Source: Candidatus Heimdallarchaeota archaeon (GTDB lineage Archaea; Asgardarchaeota; Heimdallarchaeia; Hodarchaeales; Hodarchaeaceae). Taken from it: DNA of 64,000 bases. A program made the translations under genes and the position numbers. The notes beneath the pieces were generated by a model that was not told the origin of the DNA, did no database searches, and worked only from the letters and a program-made list of their open reading frames with translations. Shown here in pieces: positions 47,584 to 59,377 of this stretch. Positions within the stretch are counted from its first letter, which is position 1; the number at the start of each line of letters is the position of its first letter. The stretch covers positions 368,939 through 432,938 of the forward strand of contig RDOB01000003.1 in NCBI GenBank assembly GCA_011364965.1, given 5' to 3'.

Positions 47584-47922
47584 TTACACCAGCATAATCG
47601 AGAATTCTCTTTTAATCCACTCTTCTAGGGGAGGATGTCCAGACATACGACCGTCAAGATGCAGATTTTGACGTTTAGCGGAGTCAAGGGCATTCATTGC
47701 TTTAGCACACACTTCACAAACTGCAAAAATAAGATTTTTTGCTTTCAGCTGTTCCCATTTTTCATAATTTTTGTTTTCATATTCTACGATTAGTTTAGTG
47801 GCCTCGCTTTCAAGTATAATTCCTACTTCATATCCCTTTTCAACCAGATCAAAAACATTGAGTAAAATATGAGTAAACACTCCTTTATTATAATTAAATA
47901 CCACGAAAAGTTGTTTCCTCAT
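47584..47922 (-). CDS. DsrE-like protein
   Basis: FTHILLN..ILESEAT..AVCEVCAKAM..MSGHP. ATG 47922 follows AGGTGA. Confidence 0.75.
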   Translation of the reverse strand: MRKQLFVVFNYNKGVFTHILLNVFDLVEKGYEVGIILESEATKLIVEYENKNYEKWEQLKAKNLIFAVCEVCAKAMNALDSAKRQNLHLDGRMSGHPPLEEWIKREFSIMLV

Positions 47923-47935
47923 CAGATCACCTTTT

Positions 47936-49303
47936 TTATTTCGTTCCTGTTGTGAAATTAACTCCTTCAATTAACATTGCAGGAGCAAAGGTCGGGATAG
48001 TCACCTCAAGCCACCATTTAATTTGCCTTGTTTTATTTTGAATTGCGGAGATGTTTTTTACTAGATTTGGAAAAGTATCGGTTATTCTTAATTCTCTAAT
48101 CGGCCTTTGAATCTCCCCATTTTCTATTAGAAACATCCCATCTCGTGGAATTGTGCTGAATATTCCTTCAGCTGCATTTGTTGTACGAGTGTACCAATTG
48201 CTGGTTACCAAAATTGTTGGTTTTTTGGATTCACGAATAAGTTCCTCAAAAGTAAATATTCCAGGTTCAATAAGGATATTGGTATTTGAGGGAATTATCA
48301 AACCAGCATTAGATGTAGTTGTGGTTCCAAGCTTTTTAGCAGTGGATGTATTATGTATTAAACCTTTTAATACTCCATTTTCAAATAAAGTCGTTTGTTG
48401 ACTGGGAACACCTTCAATATCAGCAAAGCGAGAGCGAATACCATTTGGTACAGTCGCGTCGTCATAAGCAGTAAATTTCTCAGATGCAACTTTATCTCCA
48501 ATTTTATCCTTAAGCCAAGATCTTCCTATATCGATACTAAAAGGATTAGCACCTCTGATAGTTGCTCCAACGATATCAGCCACAACTGTAGGAGATAAGA
48601 GAGCATCGTATTTGCCAGGTTCCCCTTTTCTCCCTCCTTTTGACTGAAAAGCTATTTCTCCTGCTGTTTGACCTGCTTGTTGAGTATTTAATGAGTTCAA
48701 CATCCTACCAACGCTTAATCCCTGTCCTGATTCAGTTGGTTCTAAAAAGGATCTGATTAGAAACTCAAAACTCGAATTTAAAGTTTTAAATTCAACATCG
48801 TTGTTAGTTTTAATCTTTGATCTGCTATAACCCCAAACCAAAATTCCTGCACTATGTTTCGCACCATGATCGATAGCTGCATTAAGCCCCTCCTCAACCT
48901 GATCAACAGCTTTCTCGTGAAAATTCACAATATCAGGATCATATAATCCACTAAGTTTCTTATATTGAAAGGGACCTTTTGCTATACCTCCATAATCGTC
49001 TTTTGGAGGAATTGCTTTACCAAAGGTAATTAATTCATCTAAAGATTTGTAAACAGCTTCCATACTTGATATGTCAGAGATATCTGTAGTAGCAATCTTC
49101 TTATCTTTGACGTAAAAAAATCCTGCTTGAACATTAGCCCATCGTTTACTAACTATAATATCATTCTTACTAAACCGCAATTGAAATCGGATTTCATCTG
49201 AACCATAGACAATTATATCATCAGGGTTGGTTTTCTCAAGGTATTGCATACTTTTATCTATAATTTCATCAAGAGTAAGAGTATTTGTCTGTTCCGAGTC
49301 CAT
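47936..49303 (-). CDS. TldE/PmbA-family protein (copy 2)
   Basis: DIEGVP, TSNAG, SNWYTR, STIPRDG. Confidence 0.9.
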   Translation of the reverse strand: MDSEQTNTLTLDEIIDKSMQYLEKTNPDDIIVYGSDEIRFQLRFSKNDIIVSKRWANVQAGFFYVKDKKIATTDISDISSMEAVYKSLDELITFGKAIPPKDDYGGIAKGPFQYKKLSGLYDPDIVNFHEKAVDQVEEGLNAAIDHGAKHSAGILVWGYSRSKIKTNNDVEFKTLNSSFEFLIRSFLEPTESGQGLSVGRMLNSLNTQQAGQTAGEIAFQSKGGRKGEPGKYDALLSPTVVADIVGATIRGANPFSIDIGRSWLKDKIGDKVASEKFTAYDDATVPNGIRSRFADIEGVPSQQTTLFENGVLKGLIHNTSTAKKLGTTTTSNAGLIIPSNTNILIEPGIFTFEELIRESKKPTILVTSNWYTRTTNAAEGIFSTIPRDGMFLIENGEIQRPIRELRITDTFPNLVKNISAIQNKTRQIKWWLEVTIPTFAPAMLIEGVNFTTGTK

Positions 49304-50734
49304 CTATCTCACCACTATGCTCCTTATTCGAGTTCCTTCGGGACCGCCATGCCAAACTGGAGCCCCTTGCATTGGATCCCCTTTTCCGCACATAGCAGCG
49401 TCGAATTCTAAAATTTTTGTCGCTCCATCAATAGCACTGAATAATCCTGGAGTTGTTGTTTCTAATACGGGTCTTCTTATTAAGGTCGATGATAATTCTC
49501 CATCCTTGATTAAATATGCCTCTCGGCCGACATATCGACTTTGGAATCTCCGATCATCTATGTTCCATTCTGAGAAGTTCTTCATATATATTCCTAGTTT
49601 TATGTCTTCAAAGATTTCATCAAATCCGAAATCACCATTTGAGATATATGTATTCGCCATCCTCGGAATAGGTTCCCTGTTATATGCTGAATTTCGTGCA
49701 GCTCCAGTTGAAGATGTACCTAAAAATCCTGCTGATTCTCGATTATGAAGCATTTCGGTAAATATACCCTTTTTTATTAGGTATCTAGGCCTCGCTTTTA
49801 CTCCCTCAGAATCGAACTTGTAGAATCCGTAAGAACCAGAGATAGTAGGGTCATCAATAATCGTTACATATTCTGAACCTATTTGTTCACCGAGTTTGTC
49901 AACATTTAAGTAAGATTCTCCCGCTTGAGCTGCTTCTCGTCCCAAGATGCGATCAGCCTCAGAGGGGTGACCACAATTCTCGTGGGCAATTAATCCGCAC
50001 ACATTCGGTCCAACGACAAAATCTAGTTCTCCTTTAGGACATTCTTGGGCTTTAGCGGCCACTTTAGAAAGAATTTCTGCTTCTGTTGAAAGAAAATTTG
50101 TTAAATCCCATTTATCAATCCATTCATATCCACCAGTTGCCCCTTTTGAATAGCTTGCCTGTTCCATGGCTCCTCGATTTGGATCAACAGCTGTTAATAT
50201 TCCAAAAAAGTTTAAACTTGGGATTTCTGACTCTATCTTCGACCCATCCGAAGTAATTAAGTATATTGCTCTAATGGTATCCATTAGCATAACAATTCGG
50301 AAGGGAATTGGTAAATTACTAATACTTTTATCAATAGTGAAGAGTAAGTCCATTTTTTCCTCAGGGGAGGTATCTGCAGGAGACTTAAGAGCACCAACTT
50401 TATATTTCCCTTCTGATGCCTTCTCCTCAGAGAAGATAATTGGTTGCTTCCTTAAGCGAGCACTTGCTCTTGTAAGTTTTAATACCTGTTTTACGGCATT
50501 CTCTACATAATCCTGTGTATAGACATTAAATGATGTAAATCCCATTGCTCCCTCAACTAGTACACGGACTCCAATCCCACTGGTTCGGTCAAAAGCACCA
50601 AGTTCAGGTGTTCCATTTTTTAATATGAATTGATTATTCATGTACTGCTCATATCTAGCCTCAATATAATCTACACCTTGGCTTAATGCTAGCTCTATAA
50701 CCTTATCGCAGGTATCCTTTCCATTTAATACCAT
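49304..50734 (-). CDS. TldD-family metalloprotease (copy 2)
   Basis: HENCGHPSEAD, DSEG, PIPRMANT, CGKGDPMQ; stop abuts the TldE start. Confidence 0.93.
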   Translation of the reverse strand: MVLNGKDTCDKVIELALSQGVDYIEARYEQYMNNQFILKNGTPELGAFDRTSGIGVRVLVEGAMGFTSFNVYTQDYVENAVKQVLKLTRASARLRKQPIIFSEEKASEGKYKVGALKSPADTSPEEKMDLLFTIDKSISNLPIPFRIVMLMDTIRAIYLITSDGSKIESEIPSLNFFGILTAVDPNRGAMEQASYSKGATGGYEWIDKWDLTNFLSTEAEILSKVAAKAQECPKGELDFVVGPNVCGLIAHENCGHPSEADRILGREAAQAGESYLNVDKLGEQIGSEYVTIIDDPTISGSYGFYKFDSEGVKARPRYLIKKGIFTEMLHNRESAGFLGTSSTGAARNSAYNREPIPRMANTYISNGDFGFDEIFEDIKLGIYMKNFSEWNIDDRRFQSRYVGREAYLIKDGELSSTLIRRPVLETTTPGLFSAIDGATKILEFDAAMCGKGDPMQGAPVWHGGPEGTRIRSIVVR

Positions 50735-50940
50735 AATTTACAAATCCCTATTAATTCTGTTCTTTAAAATAAAAATCTGCATTTGAATAAATAAATCTAA
50801 TGCTATTTTAGAAGACTTTTTATGTTAAAACCTCGATGTTAACAAGCTAATCCCTTCCTATGATCAATACTAGTTCATTGATTTTAATATATAAAAATAC
50901 TCTCGAAAAACACAGTCTAAAATAGGGAAGTGATAATGAA

Positions 50941-51681
50941 TTGGATAAGGAAATTATTGCAAGTTTTTATGTTGACTATAGTGCATCCGAGGCATGTAAT
51001 TATAGCGAACTCGCAGCTCTAATAGACGAAGTTGGACCTAGTGATATCCCTTTTTCAATCTATTTTGAAGTCTCAGAAATAATATCTAATTTTGACTATC
51101 GTGAATATGATGCGGAGGCCTTCAGGAAATATTTTCTCTCGCGACATCTTATCGTGCCACCTTCATATGATGAACAACTACATATGCATCAGAGAGATTA
51201 TCCTATTGTTAAGATTATTCGATGGATAAGATATCCTTGTGACTTCTCTTTTAATGAAATTCACAAATTTTTCTTAAAAGCCCTTAGATCTGAGTTTTTT
51301 TCAAACCCTTCTATAGTTGGAGTTAATCCGAGAGACTATCTAAATGAGAAAGGAAAGCGTCCAAATATCTGGAAATATCCATCTCTTGTAGGCAAATCAT
51401 TTTATATTACAGGAGAGATTGAGCTTGTTGATCCTGCATCTAACAAACCCTATACCCCAGAGGCATTCGAGACTTTGATTTGCAAGAAGGGAGGAAAAGT
51501 AGTGAAACAGATCAATCCGGACTTGGATTATATAATTGTTGGTGGATCACACTCACCTAGCTACACTGGAAAATATAAAGGCCAGAGATGGTTCAGGACG
51601 GAAAGTCCACGGTCTATCCCTATCATTTCTGATATAACCTTATTTAATTTTATTACAAACGAATATACCTGTACCCTGTAA
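50941..51681 (+). CDS. BRCT-domain protein
   Basis: LVGKSFYITG..LICKKGGKV...DYIIVG..IPIIS, a ligase/RFC-type BRCT pattern; N-terminal domain unknown. Confidence 0.75.
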   Translation: MDKEIIASFYVDYSASEACNYSELAALIDEVGPSDIPFSIYFEVSEIISNFDYREYDAEAFRKYFLSRHLIVPPSYDEQLHMHQRDYPIVKIIRWIRYPCDFSFNEIHKFFLKALRSEFFSNPSIVGVNPRDYLNEKGKRPNIWKYPSLVGKSFYITGEIELVDPASNKPYTPEAFETLICKKGGKVVKQINPDLDYIIVGGSHSPSYTGKYKGQRWFRTESPRSIPIISDITLFNFITNEYTCTL

Positions 51682-51956
51682 ACTATTAGTCATTATATTT
51701 AATGCGAGATTAACTATATAGCTCATATTTTATATTCCTATTTTATCGTTTGTTACCTTTTTTTCCAAACAACCCAATTTTACTGTATTTAATTTTCATG
51801 ATAGATATTCCCATAGAATATTAGATTCACAAATTCCAAAATTTAACAGGAACTATTCTGCTTCGTGCTTTTCCTAATTTATTATGAATTAAAAACCTGA
51901 TGATAACATAGAAACACTATCTGAAGGCAATAGGAACCCCAACGTGCAAGAACTAT

Positions 51957-52091
51957 TCAGTGCCAGCTCCAGCGAGTTTCTTTTAGTTCCTTAGCAGTAA
52001 TTAGAGGTTCTTTCCCATACTTTTTTTCCAGATAAGACATTTGATCATCGGAATCTTTTGGTTTTTTTGCAGTTTTTATTTGAGTTGACAT
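51957..52091 (-). CDS. Small hypothetical protein (44 aa)
   Basis: MSTQIKTAKKPKDSDDQMSYLEKKYGKEPLITAKELKETRWSWH; protein-like composition only. Confidence 0.4.
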   Translation of the reverse strand: MSTQIKTAKKPKDSDDQMSYLEKKYGKEPLITAKELKETRWSWH

Positions 52092-52327
52092 ACAATAATG
52101 ATATGATTTTTTCCTTTTAAAAGCAAAAGAGAGAGTAGTTTGAAAATGAAAAACAACTATTTTTAAGGTCAATACCGACTTAATTCAATTTCTGTACCTA
52201 GAATCCTTTTCAGTTGATGATGAGATGGATTTATTTAAAATTAAACTCTAAAATAGTGTGGTTAATATTATAAAGAGTTCTTCAAGTCAAAGACAGATTG
52301 TATTGATTATAATTGGGGATTAGGTAA

Positions 52328-52750
52328 TTGTCTGAAAAACAAAAAAAACTCTCATATCTTAGCCAAGAATGGTTAGATGAAGTTATAGTGCAAATAAAAG
52401 CAAATTTAAGCGCAGAGGATATGAAAAATGTCTCTTCATCGATGAAAAATGTTTATAAAAATTGTCCTGATAAAAAGATCCATTATTTATATTTTAAATT
52501 TGAGAAAGGATTGCTAACCGAAGCTTTAGTTGGAACAGATAAAGATGAAGTTGTTTCCCGCTCATCAGAGTTTCAAATTCACGGTGATTATGAAACGTTT
52601 GCCCTTATTTCCCAAGCGAAATTGGGAGCGAGATCAGCGCTCATGCGAAATCAAATAAAATTAAAAGGAAATATGGTGAAGGCTTTAAGACTTGCAAGTG
52701 TAGTTGATCGGTTGAATAAAATTATTGCTACCGTACCAACTGAATTTTAA
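52328..52750 (+). CDS. SCP2 sterol/lipid-binding domain protein
   Basis: YLSQEW..GDYETF..ALMRNQIKLKGNMVKAL. Confidence 0.85.
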   Translation: MSEKQKKLSYLSQEWLDEVIVQIKANLSAEDMKNVSSSMKNVYKNCPDKKIHYLYFKFEKGLLTEALVGTDKDEVVSRSSEFQIHGDYETFALISQAKLGARSALMRNQIKLKGNMVKALRLASVVDRLNKIIATVPTEF

Positions 52751-52761
52751 AGGGAATCATT

Positions 52762-53952
52762 ATGATGGACGAGTATTCAATAGACCACCAAAGACGATTA
52801 AAGAGAATTCAACAAAAAATGGAAGAATGGAATCTAGCTGTATATTTAGGATCACGGTTACGAACTTTGAGTTATGTTGGAGATGTATTTTGTCCCTGGA
52901 GGTCATTTATCATCATTCCTCAAGAAGGGGAACCAATAATCTATACTTTTATAATCGACGCAGAACGAGTTCGTGATGAAAGCTGGCTTGACGATGTGAG
53001 AGGTTTTGGTCCTCTTGGTGGTGGTCATCAACTAGATGTTTTAACTGATGCTATTACAGATTGTTTAACAGGTGGTAAAGCGAAGATTGGAGTGGAGCTT
53101 GGATTGAGTAATTATTTACCAGAAGGGTATCTAACTACTGAAGAGTATAATTATTTGACAAAAAAATTACCTTATGCAGAATTCATTAATAGCATAGACA
53201 TTATTGATGAAATCTCTATGTTCAAAGAGTCAGGAGAAATCAATCGATTTCGGAAAGCATCTGAAATTGTGGATCTAGGCCACAAAGCAGTTTTAGAAGG
53301 ACTAGAAATCGGAATGACTGAAACAGAGATTGCAGGATTAGCCGATTACGCCATGAGGAAAGCGGGAAGTGAATGGGCATGGTCTTTTACTGGAGGAAAT
53401 GAGATCGCGTCTGGTTATCGAACTTCTTACCCGATGGGGGCGTGTACTCCAGCAACACGGCGCCCAATATACGCAGGGGAACCCCTGATGGTTGATTTAC
53501 ACGCGATGTACAAACTAGCCCTTGGAGATCATGCACATAACTATCTCATTTCACCTGTATCCAGAACACAAAAAATGCATGCAAAATATTTTCTTGAAAC
53601 CATTACACGAGTCTTGGACCTCTATGCTCCTGGAATGACACCCGCAGAGATCGCAGATAACATTATGGATTGGGCTGATTTACGAGGATTTGCACAATAT
53701 CTAGTTCCAGGGTTCGAACATGGAATTGGACTTATGGGAGATGAATGGCGGATTGGAATGAATGATGGACCCTTACCTTACTGGACAAACCCAGATCATA
53801 TCTATAAAGAGAATATGATGTTGATTTGTGCCATGCAGTATATGGCCCCAGAAGATCATGTTGGATTTCGATATGAAGGTCCGATAGTAATCACGAAAAA
53901 AGGGTGTGAAGTTCTACCAAAGACACCGTTAGAAGTGACAGTTTTAAGTTAA
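52762..53952 (+). CDS. M24 (Xaa-Pro peptidase/creatinase) family protein
   Basis: Creatinase-like N-domain, KESGEI, GMTETEI, MVD..GD, HGIGL, RYEG. Confidence 0.88.
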   Translation: MMDEYSIDHQRRLKRIQQKMEEWNLAVYLGSRLRTLSYVGDVFCPWRSFIIIPQEGEPIIYTFIIDAERVRDESWLDDVRGFGPLGGGHQLDVLTDAITDCLTGGKAKIGVELGLSNYLPEGYLTTEEYNYLTKKLPYAEFINSIDIIDEISMFKESGEINRFRKASEIVDLGHKAVLEGLEIGMTETEIAGLADYAMRKAGSEWAWSFTGGNEIASGYRTSYPMGACTPATRRPIYAGEPLMVDLHAMYKLALGDHAHNYLISPVSRTQKMHAKYFLETITRVLDLYAPGMTPAEIADNIMDWADLRGFAQYLVPGFEHGIGLMGDEWRIGMNDGPLPYWTNPDHIYKENMMLICAMQYMAPEDHVGFRYEGPIVITKKGCEVLPKTPLEVTVLS

Positions 53953-53967
53953 ACCTTCTTAGCTTGA

Positions 53968-54516
53968 TTATTCCTCCTCTAGATCGATTATAATACCATT
54001 CTCTGTATCATAAACAAACCCTTCGACTTTAACATCAGCTGCAATAATCAAAGGATGCCTTCGAAGTTTCAGTACTGATTCTATTACTTGATTCTCTACA
54101 TCATTAAAACCCAAAAATGCTTGTTCAACAGAGGAAGATCCAAGTAGCTTCAAAGTCTCAACTGGAGTAATATCAGCACTATTAGCCATCTTTTCTAGCA
54201 TAGAATTCATTCGAGAGGTACTCATGGCTCCACCACAATGTGTATGACCCACTATAGCAATATTTTTCACACCTAATTCATATACTGCAATCAATGTAGA
54301 TCGAAGTGAATCGGGGGTTACTAAAGCACCTGCATTTCGAATAATAGTTACTTGGCCTGGTTCTGTTACTCCAAAAACCTCGTCAACAATTCGACAATCC
54401 ATGCAGGTAATGACTAGTAATCGTAATTTAGGAGCCCCTGTTAGTTCCTTATATGGAAAATAGTATTTTAGATCTGACCATCGACTAAACTGTTTTTTAA
54501 GCTCATTTTTTTCCAT
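53968..54516 (-). CDS. Beta-class carbonic anhydrase
   Basis: CMDCR, RNAG, HTHCG. Confidence 0.92.
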   Translation of the reverse strand: MEKNELKKQFSRWSDLKYYFPYKELTGAPKLRLLVITCMDCRIVDEVFGVTEPGQVTIIRNAGALVTPDSLRSTLIAVYELGVKNIAIVGHTHCGGAMSTSRMNSMLEKMANSADITPVETLKLLGSSSVEQAFLGFNDVENQVIESVLKLRRHPLIIAADVKVEGFVYDTENGIIIDLEEE

Positions 54517-54628
54517 TTTTACACCTCAAATTGAGTTTATAAGTAGAAATATTTGATAGTCTTTTTTTCAATCGATTTCCTCGTCACAACATTTAGATTT
54601 ATCCCTTTTTTTAGTCAATAGTAATGAT

Positions 54629-57622
54629 TCACAGGGTACTGGGTTTTACTATACTCCCTTGCCGTTTCTTTCCGTCTATTCGAATATAAAAAGAATTATT
54701 TGATCGAATATGTCGGACAAATTCTGTTTCATCTATCATCAAATTAGGTTGTTTCAACCAATCCCAGTCGATTAAATCTTCTTCCGAATTAAATTTTGTA
54801 TATAAGTAACCAATATTTGCAGTAGTTATATTCTGGAAAAAATGACTTCCTTGAGAATGCTCGATTTGAAAATCTGGTAAACCTGCTTCAATGATTACTT
54901 TTGCACTTGAAATGTTGTTCCACTTCACTGGAATCCCGAGAAATCTATCAAATGTTCCCCAGCGACCAAATCCCAATAGTACATAAGGAGCATTTTGATC
55001 ACTTAATTTCTTGTTGAACGCATCTAGTTGATCTACAATTTCGGGAGTGCGTAATTTATCAAAATTATCTGGTTTCACATACACTATATCCTTAATATCC
55101 TTGATCACCATGTTTCCAGAGGCTTGTGAAGAATAAACAACCAATTTATCCCTCTCAAGTTCCTTTGATTCCTCTAAGGTGTTATCATCCATTTCAGTAA
55201 ATGGTCGAATTTGGAGGAGGTAAAAAGTGGTTGGTTTGGATGGATCCTGTTGAAAATTACCTGCGAATTCTATTTCAACACTACAGCCCATTGCTTGTTC
55301 CCCTAAAGCTAGTATTTTATTAATTAATGGGGCCAAAGGAACTTTATTGTATTTAAGTTGCTTATTGAAAGTAATAACTGGAGTCCCTTCCCCAGTATAT
55401 CCAGGTTTCAAAGTTTTATCATTATAATCATATGTATCTGCAATCTCAAAAAGAACTTCTTCTTCTACATCAAAAACACTTTCTTTTACTAAAAATGAGT
55501 ATTCTCCTTCATAAATATCAGCAGCAGTTGAACTAAGGTCGATGGCAAAAAAAGACTTCTGAGTATTATCTAATAATTGATCTACTGAATGGTAATTTAA
55601 TTCAGGATATTTTGGACAAAATCGTAGAGAAAGTCCACCATCAACAATTGTTTTTCCTAAACCTATAGCTAGAAACGCAACACGATCTGATGGTTCGAGA
55701 TAGGAAATAGGATAATAGTTATATGATGTTCCAACACCTGAGAAACTTGGATAGGATAAATTGTTTTTTCGTTTCTTTCCTACTACTTGTTGAATGACAA
55801 CGGCCATTTTAGATTCTTCAATTGACCCTCCTATTGCCTCTGCATAAGATTTAGCCCGTTTCAGAAATGAAGAAGCATATACTAATTTAATTGCACAACA
55901 AAGGAGATTCAACCTGATTTCCATATTTTGATTATTAGGAAGCATATATGTTTCAAAAACACCTGCGAATGGTTGATATTGTGAATCTTCAAGTAAACTA
56001 GAAGATCGAATGGACAGAGGCCCAGTAAGAGTTTTGAGGATAAATGAGAGATCTTCTTTTAGACCCTGGCGAAGATGAGCATTCTTAAAAGCGGTTTTAA
56101 TAGCATCATCTGATGCATCGGATAATGCTATGTCGTAAAGCTCTTCATTATCTTCCATGAAACCATCAAATTCATCAGTACCAATAACAATGGTTTTTGG
56201 AATCCTGATTGAAAATTCTGTAGCTAAATCGTCAGCAAGTAAAAATGCGTTTAGTAAGAACTGCAAAAATGCAATTCCTCTCCCTTTTCCACCTAAAGAA
56301 CCTGGACGTAATCGAGTGAATCTAATGGAAGGATGAAAAGTATCACGAGAAAAATCATGTACAACTCCGCCTGTTTTTTCGATTAATATCTCATTAATGG
56401 CATTTAAAAGAAATTTTCGCAATTCTTCCGAGCTATCAAACTCAGATACTTTAACTGGTTTTAACTTTTGAGCTATAGAAAACTCAGCTCTGTTCATTAG
56501 CCAACCTGAAAAATGATCGTGAGATCCATGATAAACAAGACTCTCTCCGGGAACTTCTGAGATGGCCTCATATAATTCATGAATATTTCGAGCTCTTCCA
56601 ACTATGGTACCGTCTTCTAGCCTAAATTTAAAAACTCCAAAACCAAGGTAACGTAGCATAAATGTACGAAGGTTCTTGAGAAGCCTACGAGATTTTTTAT
56701 TAATAAAAAATGCGTTTAGAACTTTCGCTTTTGCCTCATTTCTAGGTTCACTGGATTGGAGAGCACATGGAAGAGTTGGATTGGACTTTTTAACATCTTG
56801 AATAAACTTAATACCCGCTTCTTGATCTAATTTTCCTTCTATTGTAAATCTGACGTCAGATATTACCCCAATAACGTAATTTTTATATTTCTGATATAGA
56901 CACATAGCTTCTTCATAATTTTCTGCCAAAAGAATCTTGGGTCTGACTCTCATCTGCAATAAATTATGATAATCATTAATCCCATCTGTGATTAACCTAT
57001 GAGTCTGTTTCACCAATTCACTATAGAGAACAGGTAAAAATAACGAATAAAATCGAATTGAATCCTCAACCACAATAATAACACGAACTAAACCAACATT
57101 GGTATCATGATCAACATTGAAACTATCTTCCAAGTGCTTTATGATGGCAACAAAAACTGTCGAATCCCCATTCCAAACAAAAATTCTATCAATTCCTTGC
57201 TGTTTTGATTTATCTGGTAACGATAACACATTTGGTGTGTTCGTTAATAAAAGAACAACAGGAATATCCTGTATCTTTTTTATATTTTGACCAAAAGAAA
57301 ATGGATCAATATCACCACCTAGTCGTTTCATTGTAATAACAAGATCAAATGAATGGGTTTTCAATGCTTCTAAGGCATCTCTTGGTGTAGATACTCGTGT
57401 GATAACTGGCATCGTTCTAAGATTCAGATTATGAAATTCTTCAAATATTTGATCAGATAATCTCCCATCCTCTTCTAAGATAAAGTTATCGTAATAACTG
57501 GAAACAAGTAGTACCTTGTTTATCCTTCGTTTCATTAATTCACTGAATATTTGATATTTTGGTTTATAATCCAGATTGAATTCGGGTTTGATATACTCGT
57601 TGGGGAATTTATTTGTGACCAT
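54629..57622 (-). CDS. Receiver-like domains plus PEP/pyruvate-binding (PPDK_N, ATP-grasp) protein
   Basis: GGKGRG, IRSSSLLEDS..FAG, MAVVIQ, VEIEFA, LLQIRP; no phospho-His swivel or C-terminal barrel recognised. Confidence 0.85.
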   Translation of the reverse strand: MVTNKFPNEYIKPEFNLDYKPKYQIFSELMKRRINKVLLVSSYYDNFILEEDGRLSDQIFEEFHNLNLRTMPVITRVSTPRDALEALKTHSFDLVITMKRLGGDIDPFSFGQNIKKIQDIPVVLLLTNTPNVLSLPDKSKQQGIDRIFVWNGDSTVFVAIIKHLEDSFNVDHDTNVGLVRVIIVVEDSIRFYSLFLPVLYSELVKQTHRLITDGINDYHNLLQMRVRPKILLAENYEEAMCLYQKYKNYVIGVISDVRFTIEGKLDQEAGIKFIQDVKKSNPTLPCALQSSEPRNEAKAKVLNAFFINKKSRRLLKNLRTFMLRYLGFGVFKFRLEDGTIVGRARNIHELYEAISEVPGESLVYHGSHDHFSGWLMNRAEFSIAQKLKPVKVSEFDSSEELRKFLLNAINEILIEKTGGVVHDFSRDTFHPSIRFTRLRPGSLGGKGRGIAFLQFLLNAFLLADDLATEFSIRIPKTIVIGTDEFDGFMEDNEELYDIALSDASDDAIKTAFKNAHLRQGLKEDLSFILKTLTGPLSIRSSSLLEDSQYQPFAGVFETYMLPNNQNMEIRLNLLCCAIKLVYASSFLKRAKSYAEAIGGSIEESKMAVVIQQVVGKKRKNNLSYPSFSGVGTSYNYYPISYLEPSDRVAFLAIGLGKTIVDGGLSLRFCPKYPELNYHSVDQLLDNTQKSFFAIDLSSTAADIYEGEYSFLVKESVFDVEEEVLFEIADTYDYNDKTLKPGYTGEGTPVITFNKQLKYNKVPLAPLINKILALGEQAMGCSVEIEFAGNFQQDPSKPTTFYLLQIRPFTEMDDNTLEESKELERDKLVVYSSQASGNMVIKDIKDIVYVKPDNFDKLRTPEIVDQLDAFNKKLSDQNAPYVLLGFGRWGTFDRFLGIPVKWNNISSAKVIIEAGLPDFQIEHSQGSHFFQNITTANIGYLYTKFNSEEDLIDWDWLKQPNLMIDETEFVRHIRSNNSFYIRIDGKKRQGSIVKPSTL

Positions 57623-57865
57623 TCGTTCTCAATTCTAGATGTTTGAAAGATTTAAAAAGAATATTCCTTTCTGCTTCTCATATTTTAAGGAGTACTTATT
57701 GCTAATAATGAAATTTATTTCATTTGAAAAAAATCTGGCAATAATTGTAAAATAATGTGCTCCTAAAGGACAATAACTTGCTTTCAAGGAAAATCTGCTC
57801 TATTTATCTCAGAAACAAGTCCTTCAAATAACATAAATACAAGCAGAAAATAGCCTTTTCACGAC

Positions 57866-57902
57866 GGGTTTTGTTATTTATTACTAAATAATGGTAAAAC
57901 CC
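57866..57902. promoter_or_regulatory. Stem-loop upstream of gdhA
   Basis: GGGTTTT-G-TTATTTA-ttac-TAAATAA-TGGT-AAAACCC. Confidence 0.45.
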
Positions 57903-57936
57903 ATTTGTAGAACTGGTCTATCTAAAAATGGTATGA

Positions 57937-59301
<1,365 letters not shown>

Positions 59302-59315
59302 TTAGATTAACTTAA

Positions 59316-59348
59316 TTGGAAGAAATTTTCTTCCAAATCTTTTTCTTT
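59316..59348. terminator. Hairpin plus T-tract after gdhA
   Basis: TTGGAAGAA-ATT-TTCTTCCAA followed by ATCTTTTTCTTT. Confidence 0.6.
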
Positions 59349-59377
59349 CCAAATTTTTGACTTTTTACGTTTTAGAT

